63,677 nucleotides of DNA, filler included, from Stramenopiles sp. TOSAG23-3 (GCA_900128585.1; 21 parts of 21 records of this genome joined end to end with filler, not necessarily neighbours in it), one strand, 5' to 3'; numbered from the whole stretch's first letter, positions 42,861 through 55,075 are shown. The notes: generated by a model not told the origin, from the letters alone. Translations and numbers: made by a program.

Positions 42861-44581
42861 ATGGGCGCCAACCTGTCAGGAAGGGTATGCTGCAGCTACG
42901 GTGGGGCTTTTCGCGACAAAGGCCCCCAACCAATCAAACTCGATCACGGTAAACAAAATCACTACATTGTTAATATGCTAATCGATGCCGGCTCTCCGCG
43001 TGGGCAGCAATTTGCATGCCAACGCCTTCCCGCGCTTGTTGTTCTTATGTTTTTTGTCCCATTCCGCCTGCTATAGGCCCCTTTGGTGAAGTCGGAACCG
43101 ATGGCAGAGGCGACTCACCCATACGCGTCCAAACACGACATTCTGATGCCATCGATCGAGGCCACCTGGACCACATATCGAGCAAAACAGTTGTCGTGAG
43201 CTCATCTGTTTCGGCTCTAGGCCCCTCGTCCACAACAGACAACCCGGTCCCATGCGTGGCCGAATTCTCAAAGCCAGATGGCGACGCAGTCACGCGAAAA
43301 GGAGAGATGAAGGGCGCACAGACACCACCAGATGCACCAGTGTCTCCGCCCTCTGTCACAGACGGTACGAACGATGTTTCAACTGCACTGCTGAGTGCGC
43401 CAAAGAAACGCATTAAAGCATATGAGACCCAAACCATCAACATGGAAGATGCCAAGCGGATCGCCGCGGCTCTGGTGGAGAGAAGTGAGGACCGTATGAA
43501 GGAGGACGGCGCAGGAGTTCATTCTTTGACATTTGATATCCGTGAAAAATTAGGAATGTCAATCTGTGAGGATGCGCATGCAGACGCAGAAGCATTGACG
43601 GATCTTCGTGTGACCCGCGTTGTGCCCGGTGGCCAAGCCGACAGATTAGGACTTCGAATTGGGTGGGCACTTGTCTCGATGGATGGCATCAGTCTTGATG
43701 AAACGTCAGCCAATGATGTCAGGGCGGCGATTGTGAGGAAAAAAACTTCGGGTGAGTCACTTTTATGCTTGGCGTTTGAAGAACCACAGGAAATTGAAGC
43801 AACAATAATACCTCTTGAAGGATTACGTGGTTTGAGACGAATTCATAAGAAAATTGACAGATCGGGTGTTCGGATTGATACGGCTACAGCGATACAGGCA
43901 TCGCCTGAGGAGGAAAGAAGGCGTGGCATTGACATACATCACCACACCATTCACAACCCCATTCTCAACCCCATTCACGACCACGCCCATGGCGCTGCAG
44001 AGTCACGAGGACCACCCACCCACACACGGCATAGACGCAACCAAAGCAGTCTTTCTCTTCGGGACCTTCCTGTCCTGGGTGCGGTTCTCGAGAAACGGAC
44101 ATCATGGGGTGTGTGGCAACGACGCCATGTGCGTGTGCGTGAATTTGCTCTCTTTTACGCGAAAAAACTCAACACCATACAAGACAAAAAACTCGTTAAA
44201 AAGGTAGGAAAGGCTTTGCGCGCGGCTGCCGCAGACCCTGTCGAAGCCGCTAGCCGATCCAAGCTCGGAGATCTTACGATGGTGCCATTTTCAGCGATTG
44301 AGACTGTGACGGTTACGGATGGTTGTCTCGTCATTCACTGCCAAGGCCGTCGACAATTGACGTTTCGGGCATCGGCAGCACGACCGGTTGATCTTGGGTC
44401 GTGGGTAGATGGACTTCAAATTCATCTTCGCTTTTACCGCAAAGTCATGGCCAAAGAAATGGCTAAAGAAGTGGTTAAAGAAATGGCCATCGAGCGGATG
44501 AACCAAGGGGTTGCCGTTCTGTCGCGGCAAAGCCAAACTGACAATGTTGTTGAGGGAAAGCAAGACAGGACGAAACGATAA
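42861..44581 (+). CDS. PDZ + PH domain protein; predicted first exon 42861-42948 with intron 42949-43076
   Basis: KLGMSI...VTRVVPGGQADRLGLRIG (PDZ); GAVLEKR..WGVWQRRHVRV...SWVDGLQ (PH); GT...TAG splice joins an MGANLSG N-terminus in frame. Confidence 0.75.
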
Positions 44582-44846
44582 GATGACAACACACACACGA
44601 TGACAACACAAGATGGCTAATGCTCTGGATAGGAAATGAAATGACTTTGAAATACAGTACTATAAGCAATAAATACGAAACTGTGAGCGCTTGACAATTC
44701 TTTTTTTCATTGAACGTACGATTGGTTTGTGTATTGCGGTCGATACCTACAACTGTGTTGCACTCTTTTTCGGTGTGCGTAGAGACAGGTTGTGCATGGA
44801 ATTGTAATCCAGGGAGGCGCCCTCCATCATACATCTGTTTGCACCC

Positions 44847-45508
44847 TTACGAGAGACCAAAACCCTCTTCAAACTCAATCGCCTTGATCAACTTCTCCCG
44901 CAGCGTCTCGAAGCTCCCATACTCTGGCAAAATAAGTGTGTTGAAACACGTGTGTGCGCTGGGGAGATTGCTTGTGTTGGCGCCTCCACTCTGAATTCGA
45001 AGATTCAGCTCAGCCAGCCCACGCAGCGGCGCTCGGTCGGATCCTGTGATAAATTTAAGCACACGTCGCTTGGAGTTTTGCGGCAGTTCCCGGAAGCACC
45101 GCCAGAACCAATCTACAACAGGAGGACGATGGGCAGATGAATGTGTGGATGTCAATACCTTCTGGTCTCCTCCCACTGCCACTTGAGCTGTGTTAAACCC
45201 TTCGTACCTCGTAGACGCCTCAAGTGCATCAAAGTCAAACGCAGAGCTGCCGCACAACAAAGCCTCAAGTTCTTTCGCTGTAAACATAGCGGACACATTT
45301 TTGGTATGTGGGGGCCAAGCGGTGCTGAAAAAGCCCTTTTTAAAGGCTTTCATTGGCCCCGAGACCGAAAGACGCAGGAACCAGTCCGCATACGCTGCTA
45401 TGTAGTCTTTGCAGTTGGCGCGTGTCACTGGCTTGTCCGCTCCCCCCTCAACCAGCTCAAAGGAGCGCATTTCCCCGGACGGTGCGGCCGGCGCAGAGGC
45501 CTCAAACG
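44847..45508 (-). CDS. HECT E3 ubiquitin ligase C-terminus, 5' partial
   Basis: ELEALLCG, VVDWFW, LKFITGSDRAP, LPSAHTCFNTLILPEY (catalytic Cys), GFG. Confidence 0.95.
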
Positions 45509-45610
45509 NNNNNNNNNNNNNNNNNNNNNNNNNNNNNNNNNNNNNNNNNNNNTTAATTAATTAANNNNNNNNNNNNNNNNNNNNNNNNNNNNNNNNNNNN
45601 NNNNNNNNAT

Positions 45611-45793
45611 GCAGCGTCCAAAAATAGCCTCGCAAAGCAGGCCTATTACGCAACTCACGGTCGGTTGTTGTCAGCACTTGATATGGAAGGTTGCCCCGGG
45701 GGCAGTTGCTGTGGCGTGGGATGTGATCACGACAGCGATTGCTCCGGCTTCTGCAACTATTGCCATCACGGGATGTGCACAGAAAACAATTGA
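45611..45793 (+). CDS. Cysteine-rich knottin-like peptide, 5' partial (not in ORF track)
   Basis: Translates ...HGRLLSALDMEGCPGGSCCGVGCDHDSDCSGFCNYCHHGMCTENN*; 8 Cys in 29 aa. Confidence 0.7.
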   Translation, partial: AASKNSLAKQAYYATHGRLLSALDMEGCPGGSCCGVGCDHDSDCSGFCNYCHHGMCTENN

Positions 45794-46705
45794 CGAGGGC
45801 CTGTGCCTGTTTTAAAATTAACTTTTTAGCCAAACATCTTTGCCGAGGTTGAATGGACGGATAGCGAAGACTAAAAGGATTAGAGTAATACATTTTTTTT
45901 GCATCCTGTCCCTTCTCTTTTTAGAGAAGAATAGAACCTGATTAAGGTGTACTTATATTTCAAATGCCTATTTGTTCTTATATACTAAGTATATAATATA
46001 TATAACTATTTTGACAGAGGACACGATTTAATGCTATGAGATGTAATTAAATTCATAGCTCGGGCCTCTGGAAGGAAGTAGACGAACTGAAAAAGAAGAC
46101 ACCAAAATGAATCATCATCATCAATCATCAATAGACGACTATAACAACCGACCACTGATTTTTCGGCTGGATGTTTCCGTCGCTATTTGGAGCGATGCAC
46201 TTATTAGCTCTCGTCGTACGGATTTTGTTCGATAATTTACAGAATGCGTCGCATTGCTTGAAATCCCTTGATTCAACGCCTGTCCTGTTGCGTTGTGCCC
46301 TGCGCAATACAGCCAAGACGACGAAATTGATGACTGCACGAAATCAACGGTTCGTGCTACGGTTTTAGGCGTGGTGTTGGGAGATTTTGGTACTGAAATT
46401 GCTTCTATTGTGTGTGTGTTTTAAAGAAGTGCACTATAGTTAATACAAAAGTCGTCTACGAATCTAAATATCTAAATATAGAGTACACAAATTATTATCA
46501 TTTTTCACTTTTTTACTATTTACATTTTAATAGGAGAAAGAATATTTTTACAATACATCTTAACAAATACAAGTACAATGGGGTACAACAAAAAATAAGC
46601 AGAACTCTTCTTAATAATTAACCAAACACTAGTAGTTTGTCGTCTGTTGGACTAATATACATAATCACAGCAAAGGGTTAAATTTTCTTCTGTTTTTTCT
46701 TCTCT

Positions 46706-46753
46706 TTTTTGCTTTTGGCTTTTGGCTNNNNNNNNNGCTTTTGGCTTTTGGCT
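46706..46753. repeat. (TTTTGGC)n tandem repeat collapsed around an internal scaffold gap
   Basis: gcttttggcttttggct on both sides of a short N run. Confidence 0.8.
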
Positions 46754-47781
46754 GTGCGCCGTTTCCCTTTCTCTTTTTTTTTAGCTTCGAAATGATGGCT
46801 AGAAAAGAAAACATTCTAATTCCCATTCTATACTTTTCTAATTGATCGTATTCCTAAGTTAAAAAAATGGTTTCTAAAGTTCTTTTGTTCTATTTGACAC
46901 AATTTTTTATAAAAAGTCACTAGTTAGCATATTCGGTGACGTGCGACAACAAAAGCATCAAATATTGTATCTAGGCACTATCTACAAATAGTAAAGCCTT
47001 CGCCCTTCTTTTCCCCTTCTTGCAACGCCCAAATAGTCGAGCTGTTGGAGCTTGGGTGTTTCTTCCAATCTAACTAAATGAGAGACAGATAGACAAACAG
47101 AGCCATTCTGGTCTTTGACCAACAACAGGAGACACAATTAGAGAACCAAAAATAAAATGAAGAATGAAAACAATTTTTTGATTTAGGAGTACACAACACT
47201 CTCTATATATATAGAGAGAGAAAGGTAGAGACGACTATTATCCTATCCATTTAGCCTTCTTCTTCTTCACCTTTCGCCTTTCGCCTTCCAGAATTCTTCT
47301 AGATAAAATATTCTTCATAAAGAAGACGTACCTACCCAATATAACATAAACACAGCATCTTTGAATATTACAATAAACTTTGAATCAATAAACAAAAATA
47401 ATATAGAAAGAAAAAGAAAGAAGAAAACTTATGAAGAAAAAAAGGAAGCTTTTTATAGAATTTTATAAAATATACATGGACACAGCATATACAAAAAAGT
47501 ATCGAATCCATCACCCATCATTTTTTATTATTATTATTATATTAATAAATAAGTCAACCATCAAACAAACAAACAAATAATTTCGTCTTCTTCACAGTTA
47601 TAGGAACATAAACAAAACTTTTGTTACATAAATTAAATTTAAAGGATAAGATTTTTAAACGATTAAAACAAACGGTAGATAAAAACGAAGGTTTTTTTAT
47701 TATTACTTAGCATTGATACACAAGTTTACTGTATCTCTCTCTCTATCTTCAAAAGTACCTCGCCAACGAACGAAACGCATC

Positions 47782-48207
47782 ATGAACAAGGGCGCCCTCG
47801 TGACGCCAGCATTAGATCTTCTCTTTGCTGCGGGTGCAAGCAGAATCTGTAAACTCCCGAACGAAGGTGCCTGTCTCGGTTCGCCGAGGCGTGCATGTAC
47901 TATAAGGGTTCCCGAAATGGTACAAATAGATATGAAGTGTAGGAAAGACTCCTGGTCACCCAATAGTATTGCTTGTAGAAGCAAGTCTCCGCCCATTTGC
48001 ATTCCAGTGGCCAAGAAGAAGAAAAGGCTACCCAGCCCAGCAATCAACCTTCACCGGAAACTTCTTCGTTCTAGGAAGCGAAGAAAGTCCCCGAAACCGT
48101 GTGTAAGGCCAAACTGTGCTAGAAATTTAGAGGTGATCAACTTTTCTTCGGAAGAGGAGAAAGAAGACGAAAACGACCAAGAGGACATTTTCATGTTCGA
48201 AATGTAA
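47782..48207 (+). CDS. Small disordered protein with SP sites, basic patches and acidic C-terminus
   Basis: GC-richer ORF in an AT-rich context, ends EDIFMFEM; no family recognised. Confidence 0.5.
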   Translation: MNKGALVTPALDLLFAAGASRICKLPNEGACLGSPRRACTIRVPEMVQIDMKCRKDSWSPNSIACRSKSPPICIPVAKKKKRLPSPAINLHRKLLRSRKRRKSPKPCVRPNCARNLEVINFSSEEEKEDENDQEDIFMFEM

Positions 48208-48641
48208 AGGAAAGCTTCGGTTTAGGTGTGTACCGGTATGTTACTGGTACCTTTTTTTGTCGCACACCCGCCTTCAAAACCTTTTCCCTAGTTAAAAAAA
48301 AAATGAACGCCTTTAGTCGGGCATAGTTAAAGTCTTTAAATTAATGATTATTATTGTGCCCGTAACTAACATTTTACCTTACTCTTACGCTTTGCCGGGC
48401 CACGATGTAGCACCCCAAGTGCCGGAAGGTTTTCAAAAAATAACATTCCGCTCCACACCTCCCCCCCTTTTTTTGTAGAGAAGAAGAAAGAAGAAGAAGA
48501 TGTCTCCTTTATGACTTTTTTATGACTTTATGAGAAAATANNNNNNNNNNNNNNNNNNNNNNNNNNNNNNNNNNNNNNNNNNNNTTAATTAATTAANNNN
48601 NNNNNNNNNNNNNNNNNNNNNNNNNNNNNNNNNNNNNNNNA

Positions 48642-51431
48642 TGTAGTAAAATAAGTATTTAATGTATTGTAAATTAAAAAACTAGAAAATGCTCCTAAAA
48701 AAGTAAAAATTAAAGGTAAACTTTTAATTCTAATATTTAATTTGTTAATACCAAAAGATAATCGCGATTGAAAAGTTTTATCAAACATATGTAAACTTTC
48801 TTTTGTTCAACTTTTTACTTGAAAATTTAAAACAAAATTATTTTTTTTAAAAACAGTAGGAAATTTTTTTCTATAAGTAGGAAGTGCTGTTTTTAAACAT
48901 GAAGGAATATTATAAATAAAATCGTTAAAAAAAATATTTGAACGAATAAAACCAGTATAAGAAAATTTTCCTGCAGAAAAATTTTTAATCTGAGGTTTAT
49001 TTTTTAAATCTTCAAAATTTGTCAAATTTCAAAAAGGTTTATTTATAGTTAAAGCTGTAATAAAATGACTTCCAGTTTTTGCAGTAATTGCTTGAAAACG
49101 AAATTTTCTTTCATTACTTAGCACAGGTTTTTTATTGATTTTTAAACACTCTGCAAAAAACTCTTTTTCTAATAAACGTCAAGCAGTAATATCAAGATGA
49201 TTTTTATTAAAAGTACTTGTAAAGTATGTTAAATATTTATAAGGTTCTGCTACAGTAAAGTTAGAAGAAATCAAGTATTCTTCAAAGCTTGGCTCTTGTT
49301 TAGAAACTTTTTTATCTTGTATTTTAATGACTGCTTTATTTCTTTTAAAATGACGTTTTTTACCTCCTCTATAATATAAAAAAATCCCTCTTAATAAATT
49401 CGGAAAACGACGATAATATTGGCGTTGTCTTTTAAGTCAATTATAATTTCTAAATAACGGATCTTTTAAATAGCTAGAAATAGAAAGTGTATAAAGAGAC
49501 ATAAAATTTTTAGTAAAAGTTTTTTTTCACAATTGATGAGTTCAATTTTGTTTATCTTCATATAAAATTCTATTTTTATCAGCCCAACGACTTGTTGTTT
49601 GTACAGGTTTTTCACTAGACTTATAATAACTAAGATATTTTTTTTTTCCTTTATTAATTTTATTTTTTTTTTTATTTTTTAATTTTAAAGTAAAAGGACT
49701 AGTTGCTATAGAACAAGAACTTTTTGATACTTTTGAATATTTATTACAAAGATAATTTATTTTTTTTAAATAGTTATTTAAAAATTTTTTTGAAGTAAAG
49801 ACATCTTTAACTCTATATTTTGTATATGGAAGAATATAATCACGATTTAAAGATGTTATTCTTTGTAAATGACGTTCTAGTTTTCTATTTTTCATAATAT
49901 GAGGACGTGTTTTATGTAACATTTTACGAGAAATAGGAGTAGGAAAGAAAGTAGGATAAATTACTGCTCCATGTCATAAATAAGCAGAAGTATTAAATAA
50001 AAAAATTTTTGATAATAAAATATCAAAATTAGAAGATGCTTTAAAATTTTGCTTTTCAACCATAGTTAATAAAGACGAAGAAGGTTGCAACATTAATTTT
50101 TTTCATTTAAAAAAAGTAAAAGCAACACAGAAAGCATATTTAGGTCTAGCAATATCATATAATTTAGCAGTTTCTTGATAAGCTTTTCGTCAAATATCTA
50201 CAGTACGTCAATCTTTTTCATGTTTAAGCAATTCTTGATCAATATGTAAATCAAAAATAACACTAGGCGAACTTCTTCACGGAGCTATACCTATATAATG
50301 AGAAGGTTCTGTAGGAGACATTACATATGAAACATTTTTATTTATATTAATATAATCATCGTTATCCGCATTTGCATGGTGAATCTTGATACGTTTAACT
50401 AAAGATTTTATTTTTCTATTATTAAAAACTTTACGCTCTAAATTTGTTTGTTTAAAAGCATATTTTAAAGCTCATTCATGTTCGCGAGTAGTTTCTTTTT
50501 TTCGAGAATAATATAAAACTGTACGAGATTTTAAAAAATTTGCTTGTAAACTTGGCATTTTATTTAAAGTACGTCAAAATTTATCTTCATTTTTTTTTAA
50601 TAATGGAAGTTTAGATAAAAAAGTATCTTCTAAATATTCTTTAGTTTCTAAAGCATGAGTATTATAACGATAACGTCCTGTTGAAAATTCATTACGAGCG
50701 TTTAGATATAAATTATAGCCTTTTAATAATCAATTAAATTTACGAACTTTATTTTTATCAGCTTTTCTTGTTTTAATTTGATGTACAAAATTTTTTCTTT
50801 GAATAACATGGGTATTATTTCAAAAATGATGAGTTTTTTTAATAATAAAAGTTTTAAAATCAGGTAAAATTTTAGATGATTCATAACATCTTTTTCATGG
50901 ATGTTTAAATTTAAAAAGTTTACTAATCACTTCAGGATAAGATTTACGATTACGTTCAAGTTTACGAAGTTCACGGAATCTTTTTAATTCTTTTCGTGTC
51001 ATTTTTGTTCTTCGAATAAATTGAGGATCAATTAATTTTGCTAATTTTTGAGGGTTATCAAATTTATCTTTATGATTAATCAAAAATTCTTGTCTTTTTA
51101 TTTTTTTTTCTTTAGCTAAAAAACGAAAACGACCTTGATGGAACTGATATCATTTTTCAACCATATTTTTATTTTTTTTTCGTTGAACACTATTTAAATC
51201 TATTTTTTTCGAAGCTAAAGTTAAAAAAATTGACTCAAATTTTGTTTCAAGATTACGTTGAAGTTTTTGACGTAAATGATCTTTAAAAAAATTAAAAATA
51301 TATTTTTGTTCTACATGAGTTCCTAATAACTTATAAGTATGGTAAGGACGCTTACTACGACGTTTACGAAAAATAGGATATTTTTCAATTGCAATCTTAG
51401 GAAAAGCATAACGATTAAAAAAAAATTTCAA
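48642..51431 (-). CDS. Large basic ORF (at least 930 codons) in genetic code 4 (UGA=Trp), organellar-like, 3' partial
   Basis: The five short ORFs listed for this contig share one frame, separated only by about 17 TGA codons and no TAA/TAG; very AT-rich; starts at ATA or TTG after TAA at 51441. Confidence 0.88.
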
Positions 51432-51789
51432 TATGAGTTTTTAATCTAAATTGTGGATACCTTTTATTTAAAAACATATGTGATTTATAAGTAAAAGTTT
51501 GAAATTTTTTTGATTTTCCTTTTTTAATAAGAAAAGATTTTACTAATCTTTTATACCCAAATAATTTAATTNNNNNNNNNNNNNNNNNNNNNNNNNNNNN
51601 NNNNNNNNNNNNNNNTTAATTAATTAANNNNNNNNNNNNNNNNNNNNNNNNNNNNNNNNNNNNNNNNNNNNTGGTGCCTCTGTGCCCGCGTTTTCTATTT
51701 GCCGGTGTATATCCATGGGTGGTGCAATATCCGCCCCCGCCTTTCCGTTCCTTTCCTTTGACGGTGCGAACCTTTCCGTTAGCAGCAAT

Positions 51790-54081
51790 ATGGCTAAGGA
51801 AGACTTGTTCCTACTCCTTGCCAGCGAAATGCTTATTGCAAGTCGAAACATCATAAAGCTGCAGGAAAGTGCAAGTCGCTTGTGCAGTTTCAAGAGGCCA
51901 GTCTTACGGTATAGAAGAGAATGTGAAACAGATGACAACGAAAATGAGTGTAGCCTCGATGAAGCGGATAGTGATTTCGACGAGGACAATCTTAATGCAA
52001 GTGACGAGGAAGAAGATAAAAAATGGAGTAAGGTATTTAATAGCAAGCGTTCACGCACCAAACTAAATCTCACCATTCGCCCGACCGTCATACTCCCAGA
52101 AGATGCCAATAGTAATAACCCACACTACGTGTTATATAAAAAATTGAAAATGGCGGAATATGAGCTGAGTCAGCTGGATACATTCCCTACCTCTTTGGAG
52201 TGTGAACAAGAACATAAGTTCATTGAGCTCCGGTGGTCGCTCGGTAAGTTTAGGGAAATGTGCTCGCACGAACAGTATCAAAAATATGTTTATCCGGTTT
52301 ATGACTTAATCAGCGATCGTGAAGATGAATTTTACAGGAAAAGGCAAGAAAGGATCGATTCGGTTGCTTGCAACTACAATGACAATATATTTGATCAGAC
52401 GTTGGTGCTGCCTACTTTCAGAGGCCTTTTAGCCCAAGCTATGGAACAATTCGATGACTGGGAGACTATCTTGTCCAAACCACTTGAAAATGAGAAGAAC
52501 AATCGATCAATATTACATTTTATAGAGGAGGATGAATTAAAGGACACTGCTATTCCCCCTTCCATAGGATGCATCCGTGATGCATTTGGTCTTCTCGCTG
52601 ACCGTAGAAACAGACGGACAGAAGCGGAAGAAAGAAGAGAAAAACTGAAGAAGAAAAGTAATGAGCTAGAGAAAAATGAAAAGGGCGAAAGCTTAATATT
52701 GCGCAATTGTATTGCGGATGGAGATTGGGACAGTATAAATTCATTACTTCTCAAACCCATGCATCGCAGAGATTGGGATAAGGAAGAGGACGAAGATTAT
52801 GAAGACCTGGAAGAAAGGATGGTCTTTAGTACTTCTTTGCTAGAATCTAACATTGAGGAAAATGGGAAAAGGTATAAATCCGTTCACCACGTATTTCTTC
52901 GTAATTTAAAGCGTACCTGTGATAAACACCGACACATCTACGATATTGTTAAGATAAATTCAACAATGACGGGTGCAAAACGATCACCATTGCATTATGC
53001 AGCGCATTTTCGCAGAACAAAGGCAACTGTTGCACTGTTGCTAATGGGGGCGAATGCTTTGCAGAAAGATGCAAATGGGTTCACCCCAGGGGACTACGCA
53101 TTGCGCAGGGGACATAAGGCTTTGGGAGCTTCTTTGAAAGCGGTTGAATCAAAACTACGCTGCCAGGCCGCAGTTATTGAGAAAATTATTCCAGTCGAGA
53201 TAAAAGAATATTTTCCTCCCATCTTCGTGCGAAAAATTGCTACCTTTCTTTATCATCCTCTTGATTTGGTTGGAAAGAAAATCGTAGGACGATTGAATGA
53301 CTCCGAAAGGCCAGGTTATTACATCTGGATTGGGTTTCGTCTGCGCAAATTAAAAGAAAAAAATGCTGCCGATCCATACAATTTCAAAAAAAATTCCAAC
53401 AACAAAGATTCCCCCACAACCCAGATGGAGGCAAAAGTATTTCGTGCATGCAGGGATATTGATGTGAACTTATTGAAAGATGTAGTGCGACGGGTGGGCC
53501 TAGAAGACAGCGATGAGGTTGCCGCAATAAAGAATTGGAAGTGGAACGCGCGCCTCCGCACATACGTCACAGGGTGTATGCAGCCAACCATGTATAGAAT
53601 GTTCCTAACCTATGGTTACGGGCAAAAAGAACTTCACGAATTGATGGCAGGCAGCAGCAAGAGCATGAATGACATATTTGCGGAGGGTGACAATTTACTC
53701 GAGATGTTCGTAAAGCGTATAGTTTTCATCGACGGGTTTGTTACGAGTGAAAATGTTTTGCAAATTGTTGCATTTATGAAAGCATTGGTGGAAGATTGTG
53801 AAATTACACCAGTCCATGCCATAAATAAAATAGTGCAGAAGGAGAAAGAATTTGAACAGAAATTTCCTTTGGTTTTTAAACGAATTAGGGAAATTGAAGC
53901 GGAATATGAGAAAGAACAAGAAAGAGAAATACAGGTAAAACAGGAGGAAATGGAAAAACGTTTTTCTCACTTTTCCGTTCTACTGGAAGAGACTCTAGGA
54001 GAAAGGCTTCCGTTCGTTGAGAAGTTGAGACAATTAAAATATTTGCGTGCGGAAGAGGAAGAAGAGGAGGATTCTGAGTAG
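51790..54081 (+). CDS. Ankyrin-repeat-containing coiled-coil protein
   Basis: RSPLHYAAHF...LLLMGANALQKDANGFTPGDYA; start uncertain. Confidence 0.75.
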   Translation: MAKEDLFLLLASEMLIASRNIIKLQESASRLCSFKRPVLRYRRECETDDNENECSLDEADSDFDEDNLNASDEEEDKKWSKVFNSKRSRTKLNLTIRPTVILPEDANSNNPHYVLYKKLKMAEYELSQLDTFPTSLECEQEHKFIELRWSLGKFREMCSHEQYQKYVYPVYDLISDREDEFYRKRQERIDSVACNYNDNIFDQTLVLPTFRGLLAQAMEQFDDWETILSKPLENEKNNRSILHFIEEDELKDTAIPPSIGCIRDAFGLLADRRNRRTEAEERREKLKKKSNELEKNEKGESLILRNCIADGDWDSINSLLLKPMHRRDWDKEEDEDYEDLEERMVFSTSLLESNIEENGKRYKSVHHVFLRNLKRTCDKHRHIYDIVKINSTMTGAKRSPLHYAAHFRRTKATVALLLMGANALQKDANGFTPGDYALRRGHKALGASLKAVESKLRCQAAVIEKIIPVEIKEYFPPIFVRKIATFLYHPLDLVGKKIVGRLNDSERPGYYIWIGFRLRKLKEKNAADPYNFKKNSNNKDSPTTQMEAKVFRACRDIDVNLLKDVVRRVGLEDSDEVAAIKNWKWNARLRTYVTGCMQPTMYRMFLTYGYGQKELHELMAGSSKSMNDIFAEGDNLLEMFVKRIVFIDGFVTSENVLQIVAFMKALVEDCEITPVHAINKIVQKEKEFEQKFPLVFKRIREIEAEYEKEQEREIQVKQEEMEKRFSHFSVLLEETLGERLPFVEKLRQLKYLRAEEEEEEDSE

Positions 54082-54155
54082 ATTCATTTTCGCGGTATAC
54101 GAGGAAGATAAATTTTAATTACTTTTTAAACTAACAGCCAGCAGTTTTGTTTCTA

Positions 54156-54332
54156 AATTCCACACACCGATTCGGATCATGCATAGAGTACACAATGAGA
54201 ATGATAGTCAAGACTAAGTCGAAAAGGGTATATTGATTACTAAAATCACGCAGTACATGCGTTGAGTTCAGTTCGCAGTACATTAATTTTAATTATCATA
54301 CTTACTCGTACATAACAGCCAATTTTCTTGTT
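54156..54332 (-). repeat. Long (~175 bp) copy of dispersed element
   Basis: Aligns with 21485-21657. Confidence 0.9.
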
Positions 54333-54707
54333 TTTTATTTGGGACACTCTATTATTAATACTCTTAAGAAATACTGTGAGATACATCCACGCTCTTCTTC
54401 TTTTCTGGCTTACAGACCCGCTCGTTGGTAGCCTGGGTGCCCCGGGAACGCTGGCCGCGAGTCGCTGGACTTGTCCCGCCCGCTAGTTCCCCAGCTAATA
54501 ATCCCGATTAAGACCGCTCGTAACACTCGTGACCCATCTATAATTTGCGAAACGTTAGAGTGTTTGAAGCGCCTAGTACGCTGCGGAGATCTGATCGGAN
54601 NNNNNNNNNNNNNNNNNNNNNNNNNNNNNNNNNNNNNNNNNNNTTAATTAATTAANNNNNNNNNNNNNNNNNNNNNNNNNNNNNNNNNNNNNNNNNNNNT
54701 GATGAGA

Positions 54708-54772
54708 TTCTTCTCTTCTTCTTCTTCTTCTTCTTCTTCTTCTTCTTCTTCTTCTTCTTCTTCTTCTTCTTC
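54708..54772. repeat. (CTT)n microsatellite near contig edge
   Basis: Direct reading of the sequence. Confidence 0.95.
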
Positions 54773-55075
54773 TTTCTTTTATCTTCTCTTCTTCTCTTCT
54801 TCTCTCCCTAAAAAAAAGAAGGAACGTATATTTTTGAGTTTTAATTACATATTTATCTTCCATTTGTATACATGTTAATTTATAAAAATGAACAGGTAGA
54901 AGCACACAGCCGGGAAGGTAAAAAGAATTAGTAAAAAGAATTAGTAAAAAGAGGACATTCATTTCTGTTGTTATTGCTCACGTTTTTTCTGTTTGTTTCC
55001 TCACTCACGCACGCACGCACGGACGCCACGCACGAACACCACACCCCACACGCTTAGTTTGTTCCACTCAATACC

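Noticed and set aside
45609-45815. 68-aa ORF listed in the track
   Set aside because: The overlapping frame from 45611 gives a coherent Cys-knot peptide; the listed ATG sits at the contig edge
46706-46753. TTTTGGC repeat as a possible telomere repeat
   Set aside because: Internal, few visible copies, flanked by unique sequence on both sides
51624-52109. 161-aa minus-strand ORF at the start of the ankyrin contig
   Set aside because: Mostly Ser/Leu-rich antisense of an acidic region; the first ~100 bp might be another gene piece but cannot be supported
54400-54599. GC-rich stretch with GGCTTACAGACCCGCTC (RNase P-like 3' end) and a minus-strand frame containing LIGIISWG (trypsin-like)
   Set aside because: The ACAGAACCC part of the RNase P motif and the GDSGGP protease motif are absent; only ~200 bp at a contig edge
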